Shown here one piece after another: positions 1-8,219 of a DNA stretch of 43,863 nucleotides; the stretch's first letter is position 1, and every line of letters begins with the position of its first letter. Origin of the DNA: Candidatus Methanophagales archaeon (GTDB lineage Archaea > Halobacteriota > Syntropharchaeia > Alkanophagales > Methanospirareceae). The position numbers were made by a program, and so were the translations under genes. The stretch covers positions 1-43,863 of the forward strand of contig JAPWVK010000094.1 of the NCBI GenBank assembly GCA_029241965.1, given 5' to 3'. The notes under the pieces were generated by a model. It worked only from the letters and a program-made list of their open reading frames with translations, was not told the DNA's origin and did no database searches.

Positions 1-264
1 GATAATTTAAGAGCAGCGTTCATTTTGGAGTTCGGTGTTATCCACTTCGCGCCATCAATTCCAGCTGTTCTCTTCCCTCTATTCTGAGTTACACGCTTTA
101 CTGCCAACAGTTTCGCATAAAACGAATGAGTTAGCAGGTATCTTAACCTTTTGACCAAATACCATTTTCCTTGCTTAACTGCTTTTGCAATTCTGGTTTG
201 CAGCCTGTTAACATGTTCTTCGACCTTTTCCCAATTGATGTTAGTCCACTGGAGTTTTGGTCAT
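1..264 (-). mobile_element. Group II intron-type reverse transcriptase/maturase, N-terminal fragment running off the left window edge
   Basis: Minus-strand translation of 248..1 gives WTNINWEKVEEHVNRLQTRIAKAVKQGKWYLVKRLRYLLTHSFYAKLLAVKRVTQNRGKRTAGIDGAKWITPNSKMNAALKL. This is the characteristic N-terminal/RT0-RT1 region of group II intron-encoded proteins (LLAVkRVTqN.GK.TAGiDG). The nearest ATG (264..262) is in another frame (MTKTPVD*) and a TGA lies 5 codons upstream in the RT frame, so the start is unresolved or frameshifted. It is absent from the ORF track because there is no in-frame Met. Confidence 0.75.
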
Positions 265-440
265 GTCACCGATAACCTTACCAAATTTGCCTTAGTTCAC
301 TAAATCTATTATTTAATATGGATATATGAAACTTGCCATCAGTTCAAGTTTTTTTCTAATTATTAACAATATAATTCTAATCTATTGATAGTTTACTTTT
401 CGATTTACCGCGAACGAAACTATCTAAACAACTATCGTAT

Positions 441-2804
441 TTAAAACCTTCTTTTGCCTGATCGTGGCAGACTCTGCAGCTTTTTGCGCTTATTCGGGCT
501 CACTGTCCGTTTATTGCGTGATCGCGGTAGACCTGTCGGCTTCTTACGTGAGCTCACCACAAACCATGTTACGACAAACGTCAGGAGCAGCCCTAAAACA
601 GTAAAAGTCACCTTAAAAACTGGCTTTTTCAACGCTTCTGCCAGCAGCGTTACATTTGCGCTCTCGTTATCGCTCTGATTAGCGGGTTCGACTGCGGGCT
701 CTATGGGTAAGCTGAAATTGATTAGTGGCTCTTCTGACATAACTATGTTTAGTGTTGTTGTATCCATGTGCTCATCGTTATCCTTTGCGGCCACGATGTA
801 CTCTCCTATCTTTGCGGTCTTGGTGTCGAACGATACCTCCTTGATCTTATTATAGAATATAGTATCGTCTGTTTCTACAGATGTTATTTGTGGTTTCAAG
901 CTCGTCGGTCCTTCTACGGTAACTACTATGGTCGTTCCCACTTCTCTATTTGAACTTCCGGTAACCTTGAGTTCAGAGCCAAGCGGCACATCTTCTATAT
1001 CATCAATTCGTACAAAACCATTTTCTACTTTTATCGCCGCTATGCATAAGAGGTCGTCACTTCCCGGCTGACCTACCGTTTTATCAACTATTAACGCAAG
1101 AATCTCATCAGTCGTCTTGGTTGCAAAGTTAATCTTATAATTGCTGGTTATCGCTTCTAACAGGTTATTAGTGCGTGTTTTTGTGCCCCATACATCATCT
1201 ATTCCATAATTGAGTACTATTATTTTATACATACCAGTGTCAACATCCTTGCCAACATCTAATTCATCCCTATCTGTATCAGTCTTGAATGCCCCCTCTA
1301 CAGACACACCACAGATAAAGTGTGTAAGACCCGGAGCATCCAACTCACCATCGGTCTCTGCCACAATATCTACGGGGTCAAATCCATGTCCACTACCGCC
1401 TTTTGGTCCAATCGTCAGAATGTCCACGCGGTCCCTACCCGGGACGGTTCCTTCTATCGTGAAGTAATCACCATGCGCAACAAACTCTCTATCCACCTGG
1501 GCATTTAATCCGCCACGCAATAGTATTATAGTTACAGAAGCGTCAGGGAGGTCGGTTTCTGGATCAGAAGCTGGTAGTACCCATATCGCAATCTCATACG
1601 AACCCGGCGTCATTCCCGCGGTTTTCCATGTATAATCAAACCCTTCGATTGGCTTATCTATTGCAACCACTTTTCCATCAATCTTAATCGTTACACTATT
1701 ACCCGCAGTTGCTGAACCTGTAACCTTCACGTCCTCGCCGATATAATATGTTGATTTATCCGTGCTAACTTCTGCCTTAAACTGCTTAATTTTTACCCAC
1801 ACATTATCATCAGTAGCTACACGGTTAACGGCTCTACCATCCACACTGCATCCGTACTCAGTAGCGGTAATCTCATAGGCGCCGGTATCGTTGAAATATG
1901 CTGCGGCTTTAAAATAACCGTTTTCATCAGACACCCCAGAAGCATTATGTCCGCCATTGCCTTCCTTTATATCGCCAACGTCTTCTTTGAAACATACCAC
2001 TGACTCCATACCCCATGTCACGTTCAGGGAAATGTTTGTATGCGGTGTAGTAGAGATAGTAAATACAATATCCTTAGTGATGAACTGTTCTTTTGGCTCC
2101 GCTTCTATACTAACACCGTCACTTTTCACTTCAAAAGGAACCTGAGTACCCTCTTCATCGAGTCCATCATTTGTCGCGGGATCGGTTTTTATGCAGAGCG
2201 TGTACGTGCCGATGTCCAGCCCTGTAGTGTTTATCGTTGTAGAGTTTGAACCATCGTAACTGACATTTATACCTTTAAGAGGTACGTTATTAACCGTATA
2301 TATCTGTACACCTTGAGGGTCTAATAGTTTGTATGTGATATTGTTTGGCAAACTGTCCTGAATAACATTTAAATTGGTATCAGCTTCAAAAGTTATATTA
2401 TCTCCTCTCGTAACCCATGAAAAATCTTCGCCACATACCTTAGTTTTGGCATGCAAATCTGGCAAGTTGAAATATACATCTATACTTTTCCCATTATCCC
2501 CTACAACTTTATACTTACCCCCAATCAGTTTATCTTTTACAATACTCACAGTAGTATCAAAAGGTGTGCGAAAACGTATATTTATATTGCTCTCCCACCA
2601 TGTGCTCTCTAATGTACCACTGGGTATCAGATTCCCGTCATTATCAACAAATCTTAAATTTGTTTCGCCAATTATAGCCGTTTCATCATCACCGATAGCC
2701 CTCCCATCATTGGGACTAACACCGGCATTCACTGGTGCAATGAAGACGAATAATAACAAAAGACTAAATGCAGACACGACCAACAAATATTCCTTCTTTT
2801 TCAT
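441..2804 (-). CDS. Large secreted, heavily N-glycosylation-sequon-rich surface (S-layer-like/adhesin) protein with a C-terminal membrane anchor
   Basis: Long ORF. Sec signal peptide MKKKEYLLVVSAFSLLLLFVFIAPVNA|G. Beta-rich, Ig-like composition with many NxS/T sequons. C-terminal hydrophobic helix (FTVLGLLLTFVVTWFVV) followed by basic residues. No CxxCH haem motifs. ATG at 2804 is preferred over the GTG at 2813. Confidence 0.7.
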   Translation of the reverse strand: MKKKEYLLVVSAFSLLLLFVFIAPVNAGVSPNDGRAIGDDETAIIGETNLRFVDNDGNLIPSGTLESTWWESNINIRFRTPFDTTVSIVKDKLIGGKYKVVGDNGKSIDVYFNLPDLHAKTKVCGEDFSWVTRGDNITFEADTNLNVIQDSLPNNITYKLLDPQGVQIYTVNNVPLKGINVSYDGSNSTTINTTGLDIGTYTLCIKTDPATNDGLDEEGTQVPFEVKSDGVSIEAEPKEQFITKDIVFTISTTPHTNISLNVTWGMESVVCFKEDVGDIKEGNGGHNASGVSDENGYFKAAAYFNDTGAYEITATEYGCSVDGRAVNRVATDDNVWVKIKQFKAEVSTDKSTYYIGEDVKVTGSATAGNSVTIKIDGKVVAIDKPIEGFDYTWKTAGMTPGSYEIAIWVLPASDPETDLPDASVTIILLRGGLNAQVDREFVAHGDYFTIEGTVPGRDRVDILTIGPKGGSGHGFDPVDIVAETDGELDAPGLTHFICGVSVEGAFKTDTDRDELDVGKDVDTGMYKIIVLNYGIDDVWGTKTRTNNLLEAITSNYKINFATKTTDEILALIVDKTVGQPGSDDLLCIAAIKVENGFVRIDDIEDVPLGSELKVTGSSNREVGTTIVVTVEGPTSLKPQITSVETDDTIFYNKIKEVSFDTKTAKIGEYIVAAKDNDEHMDTTTLNIVMSEEPLINFSLPIEPAVEPANQSDNESANVTLLAEALKKPVFKVTFTVLGLLLTFVVTWFVVSSRKKPTGLPRSRNKRTVSPNKRKKLQSLPRSGKRRF
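454..548. repeat. Imperfect 60-nt-period tandem duplication inside the 3' end of the surface-protein gene
   Basis: 454..488 (ttgcctgatcgtggcagactctgcagctttttgcg) and 514..548 (ttgcgtgatcgcggtagacctgtcggcttcttacg) match at 24 of 35 positions and lie exactly 60 nt apart. At protein level the copies read RKKPTGLPRSR and RKKLQSLPRSG. Confidence 0.6.
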
Positions 2805-2942
2805 GTCCACCACACCAAGATATAAATCATTATATCCATATATATTCTATGGTGAAAGATAAGGTATATTTATGTGTACCTTCTATATGTTATATACACA
2901 CCCTATAATTATATGGTACATAAAGGGATGGGCGACGAAGAA

Positions 2943-3887
2943 ATGAAATCGCACTTTGCTCTTCTGCTGAAACTTGTGATTGCCTTATCTGTTATGTTAA
3001 TCCTGATTATACCTGCTGTAAATGCTGCTGATATTATCCGTATCTCTGAGATAGGCGAATCGCATGTAGGAAAAGAGGTTACGGTCTCCGGTACCATCAT
3101 TGCTCTCACCAATAACATCGAGACCGACAACGTTCAAACATACGAGCCCGGGGAGGCATATAAAGAAATTATTCTCGTCTTTGTACACAGCGACAAAATT
3201 AAAACATACGAGGTGGGCGAGGTGGCAGGTATTCTAACGCTGGATGATAAGACGAGCAAAATACTGGTCAGCATTGAACCTTTGCTTTTAAAAGAACCGT
3301 TCCTTCTGGGTCAAACGATTGTGGTAACCGGATTATATGCGGGTACTGTGGGAATAGAAGGCTATAATGGCTTAATCTATGCCGACCGCGTGTATCCGTA
3401 TATGGAACGCGGCTATCGCGATATAACAGTTAAAGAACTTCTGGGCACCCCCTTGCTTTATTTCCAGTCGCCCGTACGTATAAGCGGCAACGTAACACAA
3501 ATAGACCTCTCAGTTGGTAAGACGGATCTGAAGGTTGACGATGGAACAGGTACGATTGACGTGATATATCGTGAAGAACTGGACGACTTAAGGATAGACG
3601 AAGGGGTGGTCGTAGAGGGCGAATTTCAAAGGAACATGATATATGCCTTTTCGGTGCAGACCGAGCATGTCGAGCCGACACCGAGTCCCTCTCCGAGTCC
3701 AAGTCCGAGTCCTACCTCCACACCTGCACCACCAACAACGCCGCGCACTACTTTTACTCCGTTGCCAGTGGAAAAAGAAGGTTTGCCTTTTTACGTCATC
3801 GTGATTATCATAGCAGTACTGGCGGTGGTTGGAATATTCGCCGCAATCAAGCTAAGAGAGTGGCTCATGTTCAGGCGTTATGGTTAA
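2943..3887 (+). CDS. Secreted, C-terminally membrane-anchored protein with two tandem OB-fold-like domains and a Pro/Ser/Thr linker
   Basis: Signal peptide MKSHFALLLKLVIALSVMLILIIPAVNA|A. Two segments fit the OB-fold pattern: I..I....GKEVTVSGTI...LDDKTSKILV...GQTIVVTG, and ITVKELL...PVRISGNVTQID...LKVDDGTGTIDVIY...IDEGVVVEGEF. PSPSPSPSPSPTSTPAPPTTP linker at about 3675..3755, then a TM helix (FYVIVIIIAVLAVVGIFAAI) and a basic tail. Start is ambiguous (2913, 2928 or 2943). Confidence 0.65.
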   Translation: MKSHFALLLKLVIALSVMLILIIPAVNAADIIRISEIGESHVGKEVTVSGTIIALTNNIETDNVQTYEPGEAYKEIILVFVHSDKIKTYEVGEVAGILTLDDKTSKILVSIEPLLLKEPFLLGQTIVVTGLYAGTVGIEGYNGLIYADRVYPYMERGYRDITVKELLGTPLLYFQSPVRISGNVTQIDLSVGKTDLKVDDGTGTIDVIYREELDDLRIDEGVVVEGEFQRNMIYAFSVQTEHVEPTPSPSPSPSPSPTSTPAPPTTPRTTFTPLPVEKEGLPFYVIVIIIAVLAVVGIFAAIKLREWLMFRRYG

Positions 3888-3939
3888 ATGCGTATAAATA
3901 GAATGTGTGGGTGTTGTTATAGGTTAGACTAAAGAGTTT

Positions 3940-5796
3940 ATGAAGCTGAAAATTGGCGCAAATAAGGACCGAAAGAAGACACGCAAACCCGCAGCAGCCA
4001 AGCCAAACGTGAAGAAGGCAATGGGTAAGCTGAAGGGGGTCGAGAGGGCAGAGAAGATACAAGAGACGATAGTGACGAAGAAGAAAGCAATTACAGAACG
4101 GGCAAGGGCAAAAAATGATAATGTACTAATAAAACGTGCGGAATCGGAAGAACAAGCAGCAATCGCCGTTTTAGAACGTATTCGTGCGGATAAGAAACGT
4201 ATCGAGGAAGAAATGGCGGGTTTGCGTGTCGGGGGGGAGCAGAAAAAGGGAGTACCGGCTGATAGTAGCAGTAATGGCCGTGCCGCTGCGACAGAGCTCG
4301 AAATTGCGCCTGATGCTCAACCGCTAACACCCCTCTCCTCGAAGGAAGACTCGGAAGGCAAGTACATAGAAAGGTATCCAGTCGTTGAGCCTTATGCCTA
4401 CGTTACGATCACAGAAACCGCACCTCCGACGTACCAGGTTTCTGAGGTACGGCTTACGAAAGGAGAGGAGGAACTGCTAAAAGAGGTAAAATCTCGACTC
4501 TACGCGACAATAGACGTGAGCTTTTCGGATGTGACGAACATAGAGGATCTACTGAAGGAGAAAGTGAATGCGATTATTGGTGAACTCTCACTGGATCAAG
4601 CTCTGACTCAAGAGAATCGGGATAAGATATTTTATTACATAAAGCGAGATTTCCTGGGTTTCGGTAAGCTGGACCCTATCATGCACGATAAAATGGCTGA
4701 GGACATCTCTGCTGATGGGCCAGGGATTCCTATATTCGTTTATCATCGTAGTTATCACTCGATAGAAACGAATGTCATATTTACACACGAGGAATTAGAT
4801 TCGCTTATTTACAAGATGGCGCAGCGGTCGGGCCGGCACATCTCGCTGGCTAAGCCTCTGCTGGATGCCGCTCTACCCAATCAGGATAGGTTGCAATTGA
4901 GCATTGGGTCAGAAGTCACAACAAGAGGATCTACCTTCACGATAAGGAAATTCAAAGCGGTGCCCCTCACTGTGATAGACCTTGTAAATTTCGGGACGTT
5001 CTCGCTGGAAATGATTGCTTATCTCTGGATGGCGATGGATAACGGCTCCAATATTCTTATCGCGGGTGGCACGGCATCCGGCAAAACTACGGTTCTAAAC
5101 GCGGTTGCTATGTTTATAGCGCCGGAAAGTAAAATCGTAACCATCGAAGATACACGGGAGATAAATTTAATACATGATAACTGGATTCCGTCAGTTACGC
5201 GCGAGGTGGAAGAAGGTGCGCACGGCGTAGAAATGTTCGATTTGCTAAGGTCCGCGCTCAGGCAAAGACCGGAATACGTAATGGTGGGCGAAGTACGAGG
5301 AAAAGAGGCACATACGCTTTTCCAGGCAATGGCGACTGGCCACATCACAATGTCAACGGTTCATGCTGACTCTGCGGATACCGTGGTAAGACGGCTGACA
5401 AAAGAGCCTATAAACGTCCCTCTGATGCTACTCGACAGCTTGAATATAATACCACTCCAGAAGATGGTGCGCGTGGGGGGCAAAGGTGCCCGGCGGTGCA
5501 TAGAGATAATAGAAGTGACCGGCGTGGATTTTGAGAACGAGTCGCTGAAGACGAACGAGCTATTCAGGTGGAGACCACCGGATGAGTTTGAATTCACAGG
5601 AGAATCCGCAATTTTCGTCAAGATTATGGAGACGCTAAATATAACCGAGGAGGAGTTGGCCGAGGAGTTTGCACGCAGGCGAAGGATCCTGGCGGGTATG
5701 CAAAAGAAAGGTATGAACGACTACAAGGCCTTAAATAAGATGCTACATGATTATAGGATGGACCCTCTGGGCACAGAGAAGGAATTAGGGCTGTAA
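3940..5796 (+). CDS. FlaI/PilB/VirB11-family type IV filament secretion ATPase with a roughly 135-aa Lys-rich N-terminal extension
   Basis: Walker A IAGGTASGKTTVLNAV. Motifs IVTIEDTREI, LRQRPEYVMVGEVRGKEA and TGH..MSTVHA match the archaeal FlaI/PilB family. The N-terminal YPVVEPYAYVTI...YQVSEVRLT domain is typical of the family. The stop overlaps the next start (TAATG at 5794..5798). Confidence 0.9.
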   Translation: MKLKIGANKDRKKTRKPAAAKPNVKKAMGKLKGVERAEKIQETIVTKKKAITERARAKNDNVLIKRAESEEQAAIAVLERIRADKKRIEEEMAGLRVGGEQKKGVPADSSSNGRAAATELEIAPDAQPLTPLSSKEDSEGKYIERYPVVEPYAYVTITETAPPTYQVSEVRLTKGEEELLKEVKSRLYATIDVSFSDVTNIEDLLKEKVNAIIGELSLDQALTQENRDKIFYYIKRDFLGFGKLDPIMHDKMAEDISADGPGIPIFVYHRSYHSIETNVIFTHEELDSLIYKMAQRSGRHISLAKPLLDAALPNQDRLQLSIGSEVTTRGSTFTIRKFKAVPLTVIDLVNFGTFSLEMIAYLWMAMDNGSNILIAGGTASGKTTVLNAVAMFIAPESKIVTIEDTREINLIHDNWIPSVTREVEEGAHGVEMFDLLRSALRQRPEYVMVGEVRGKEAHTLFQAMATGHITMSTVHADSADTVVRRLTKEPINVPLMLLDSLNIIPLQKMVRVGGKGARRCIEIIEVTGVDFENESLKTNELFRWRPPDEFEFTGESAIFVKIMETLNITEEELAEEFARRRRILAGMQKKGMNDYKALNKMLHDYRMDPLGTEKELGL

Positions 5797-6695
5797 TGGA
5801 GGCGGGTATGCGAACCGAAGGACTGAACATAGATAGAATAGCGGTAAGGCTATTTGGCAACTTCTTCTTGCAGAAGAAAGAGAAATTCGATACGCTAAGG
5901 GAGGAACTACTGAAAGCGAGGTTATACGTCCCGGCTGAGACATGGCTGTCAAAAGCGGCTTTATACGCTATCATCGCCGTATCTTGCGTTGTTTCCATGT
6001 ATATACTGCTCCGGCTTATCATAACCTCTGTACTTGACCTTGGCCCGTTTGGATTAATGGATGCTATTCTCATTGTCAGTGCCAGCTTAATTACGCTTGT
6101 TTCCGCTTTCTTTGGCTATTATTCATACCCGAAGATACTGGCATGGGAACGAGGTGGTAAGATAGACAAGTCTCTGCCATATGCTATAAATTATGTATCT
6201 GCCATGGCTGCCGTTGGTGTGATTCCCTACATGATATTCAAGAAACTAGCGGATGCCGAGGAGACATATGGTGAAGTAAGCCGGGAAGTGAAGCTGATAG
6301 TAAGAGACGTGGAAGTGCTCGGATTTGATTTCATGACCGCACTGAAAAAGCTCGTGGTTATCACGCCATCCGAGACTATGCGCGGTTTTCTGCAGGGTGC
6401 AATAACAACTGCGCTTTCCGGCGGTGAGATGGGCGACTACTTCATTAGTACCGCGAGAGAATATATGGGCGAGCGAAGGGCAAAGTATGAATCGCTTATA
6501 GAGACGCTGGGTTTGTTCGCCGAAGTCTATGTTATCGGCATAGTTGTTGCACCGCTACTGCTCGTGGTGGTGATCTCGATCATGTGTTACCTCGGTAGTG
6601 CTTCTTTAGAAGTGCTCGCGGCGATTACGTATTTTGTCATTCCGCTCGGTACTGGCGTGTTTATCATCCTTATCGGACTGGTCAGTGAGGACTAA
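5796..6695 (+). CDS. Half-size FlaJ/TadB-like polytopic platform protein (single T2SSF-type domain)
   Basis: 299 aa. TM helices flank a cytoplasmic domain (LPYAINYVSAMAAVGV...VEVLGFDFMTALKKLVVITPSETMRGFLQGAITTALSGGEMGDY) that resembles the FlaJ/PilC/TadB repeat. Translationally coupled to the ATPase. Confidence 0.8.
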   Translation: MEAGMRTEGLNIDRIAVRLFGNFFLQKKEKFDTLREELLKARLYVPAETWLSKAALYAIIAVSCVVSMYILLRLIITSVLDLGPFGLMDAILIVSASLITLVSAFFGYYSYPKILAWERGGKIDKSLPYAINYVSAMAAVGVIPYMIFKKLADAEETYGEVSREVKLIVRDVEVLGFDFMTALKKLVVITPSETMRGFLQGAITTALSGGEMGDYFISTAREYMGERRAKYESLIETLGLFAEVYVIGIVVAPLLLVVVISIMCYLGSASLEVLAAITYFVIPLGTGVFIILIGLVSED

Positions 6696-6714
6696 TATTA
6701 AGAGAAAGAAGAAG

Positions 6715-7665
6715 ATGGACGAAAAAGACGAACTTCTGGCGGCAGTAGAAAAAAAGAGGAAGGAAAAAGCGATAGTAACTTTCTACCATGACCCGTTGGG
6801 AGTCATCAGAACGAACCCTATTCGGTTGGGTTACATATCCGGCGCTATCGGTGTCGGTCTCATACTATTAATTTATTATTACAGCAAGTCGCACGAAGGC
6901 TGGACGGGATTTGTAGCACCGTACGATGCGTACATTTTAGCGGTTATTGCAGCATGCACCCCGCCGGCATATTACATGTATTCAGAAGAGAAGCGGGTAA
7001 AGGAAGCGGATAACATGTTCCCCACCTTGCTGCGTGACCTCGCACAGGCAAAGAGAGCGGGACTGACACTTATAGATTCATTCAAGCTCATTTCGGAAGG
7101 CGATTACGGGGTACTTACGGATGGCTTGAACACTGCTGCTTATCAACTCACCTGGGGTGTCCCGTTCGAGGATTCGCTGAGGATGTTTGCGAAGCGTTAT
7201 CCAACACAAATGATAAATCGTTCCATAGAAATGATAATAGAAGGGTACCGAGTGGGCGGCGATGTGGGTAACATACTAAAAATTACTGCGGATGACGTTA
7301 ACGAGTTGAGAGCACTGGACAAGAAAAGAGCTGCGGATATGATGCCTTACATAGCCATCTGTTACATCACCTTCGGGGTCTTCATGCTTATCTTACTGGT
7401 ACTCTACAGCACGTTTATACCCATGATGTCAGAAGCAGCCGAGAAAGTAACAGGTGCAGGAATGGGGGGTGCAGTAATGGTGAATGTAGATTCAGAGAAG
7501 ATGAAGATGATTTTATTCCATTGTGGTATAATCCAGGGCATTTGCTCTGGCTTTATGGCCGGCAAGTTGGGCGTGGGTAAGGTTATAGCAGGGTTGAAGC
7601 ATGCGTTGATATTAGCATTAGGAGCATTTGCTCTGTTTGCTGTTATGGAAATTGCTCCGCTTTAG
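6715..7665 (+). CDS. Second half-size FlaJ/TadC-like platform protein (single T2SSF-type domain)
   Basis: MFPTLLRDLAQAKRAGLTLIDSFKLIS...WGVPFEDSLRMFAKRYPTQMINRSIEMIIEGYRVGGDVGNIL matches the second FlaJ/PilC repeat, and there are multiple TM helices. ATG at 6715 (MDEKDELL) is preferred over the track start at 6634, which overlaps the upstream gene. Confidence 0.8.
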   Translation: MDEKDELLAAVEKKRKEKAIVTFYHDPLGVIRTNPIRLGYISGAIGVGLILLIYYYSKSHEGWTGFVAPYDAYILAVIAACTPPAYYMYSEEKRVKEADNMFPTLLRDLAQAKRAGLTLIDSFKLISEGDYGVLTDGLNTAAYQLTWGVPFEDSLRMFAKRYPTQMINRSIEMIIEGYRVGGDVGNILKITADDVNELRALDKKRAADMMPYIAICYITFGVFMLILLVLYSTFIPMMSEAAEKVTGAGMGGAVMVNVDSEKMKMILFHCGIIQGICSGFMAGKLGVGKVIAGLKHALILALGAFALFAVMEIAPL

Positions 7666-8219
7666 GTCAGTCCGGAAGCACATGTCACAAGTATTTGCTC
7701 AATAAGCATTGGAAAAACTAAATTCATCAAAGAGACTTTTATGAATTCTCGTGGTTTTTTCACTTCCTCTATACAATTACTTGAACCCCCTACCAATCAG
7801 CAGCATCCTAAACCCAAACAGGTGTAATTATTCCCCCTAACTTCTTCAAAGGTCGCTTACATGTGTACAAACCCCGTACTACATATCTACAAATAAAATT
7901 ACAACATCTTCAAAAAAAATTAAAAATTTCACATTTTTGTTTATCATCCCTTAAATATTTCTGGTACACACCACAAAGTACTTATGCTGTATTTTCCTAT
8001 TCCATTTACGATAGTGCTAAAAAAAGCTATCACAAATAATGGGCGCTCCCTTTACCTCTTGGGAGTAACACAAAAAAACGATGATCGAGTATAGAGATAT
8101 GGCGAAAATATACCCATGTGTGGTGTATGCAGAAGCACAGGGCAAAAGATATGAATCCAATGGATACTAACGTAGGCATAAGAGGGCGCTCAAAAAAATT
8201 AGGAGGTGAAAAGGAAAAA

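Noticed and set aside
3675-3755. Repetitive ccgagtcc(n) DNA encoding PSPSPSPSPSPTSTPAPPTTP. I considered it as a DNA-level repeat or CRISPR-like element.
   Set aside because: It is in frame within a CDS and behaves as a Pro/Ser/Thr stalk linker. There is no spacer/repeat architecture.
7749-7761. The 13-mer ctcgtggtttttt occurs both here (after the pilus-type operon) and at 29346..29358 (after the TSP3-repeat gene). It looked like a shared terminator element.
   Set aside because: A rough estimate suggests on the order of ten exact 13-mer coincidences by chance in a 44-kb window, and the T-run explains part of the match. I treat both only as generic oligo-T terminator candidates.
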